Assembly (NCBI GenBank): GCA_010909165.1
Contig: VJWM01000011.1
Span: 1,488,001 to 1,552,000 of the forward strand
From: Anthoceros angustus
Lineage: Eukaryota; Plantae; Anthocerotophyta
Direction of reading: 5' to 3'
DNA: 64,000 bases
Positions 63,546 through 64,000 of the stretch are shown one piece after another (position 1 is the stretch's first letter; each line of letters starts with the position of its first letter). The notes below the pieces were generated by a model, which was not told the DNA's origin, did not search any database, and worked only from the letters and a program-made list of their open reading frames with translations. The translations under genes were made by a program, and so were the position numbers.

Positions 63546-64000
63546 TCGATGTACTCGTGTATGTCCATTGTTTGCAGACAAGATGCAGTTCATCGTATCA
63601 ATGCTTGGCACCAATCTAAGCTAAATTAATATATACCATTTTTCATTTGATTGATCATAGCATATCAGGATGGCCAAGTAGGCTGAGAGTGATGAAAATC
63701 ATGTTAAGCTCTAAGCATAAAAGATGCTTGCATTACAATGAATATAATAGAAAGTACAAAAGCCTATTTATAGGCAAGGTGGCTAGGTGGTTATAACCAT
63801 AAGTTGTTATAACCGCCAGTTGGTTGTAACTAATATAACAACTAACCTCATAGGACAACTAACTAAGTAACTACTTAATGCCCTAGAGATAAATTAAAGC
63901 ATAAGTAAAGGTGCCCTAGTAAATATTGCCCTAAACTATATGTATTTTATCACTCCCACTCACTATGAATGTAGGGGTGAAAATAAGCTACAAAATGAGA

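Overview
Eukaryotic nuclear DNA from a land plant. It is most likely seed-free: it carries ACR3 and PPR proteins with a WW-type PG box, and its introns are short; hornwort- or fern-like is my inference. More than half of the window is transposable elements: a pogo/Tigger-like DNA transposon, two full-length Copia elements with TSDs, a PIF/Harbinger-like element, a 5'-inverted CRE-like non-LTR element, an unclassified 4.4-kb nested insertion and a three-LTR tandem Gypsy chromovirus with AG...CT ends. Host genes between them are an orphan GH3 exon 1, PLS-class PPR remnants, a dirigent gene plus a degenerate copy, HGH1 and a WAT1/UMAMIT transporter. The most notable feature is a co-oriented arsenic-detoxification cluster on the minus strand. 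It has two ACR3 arsenite-efflux paralogues and an intronless, bacterial-type (LMW-PTP fold, CVHNAGRSQMA / TMGCGEACP) arsenate reductase ArsC about 330 bp downstream of one ACR3 copy, an operon-like layout later spread apart by TE insertions. Many 1-2 bp deletions in homopolymer runs suggest unpolished long-read errors, so frameshift-only pseudogene calls are provisional.
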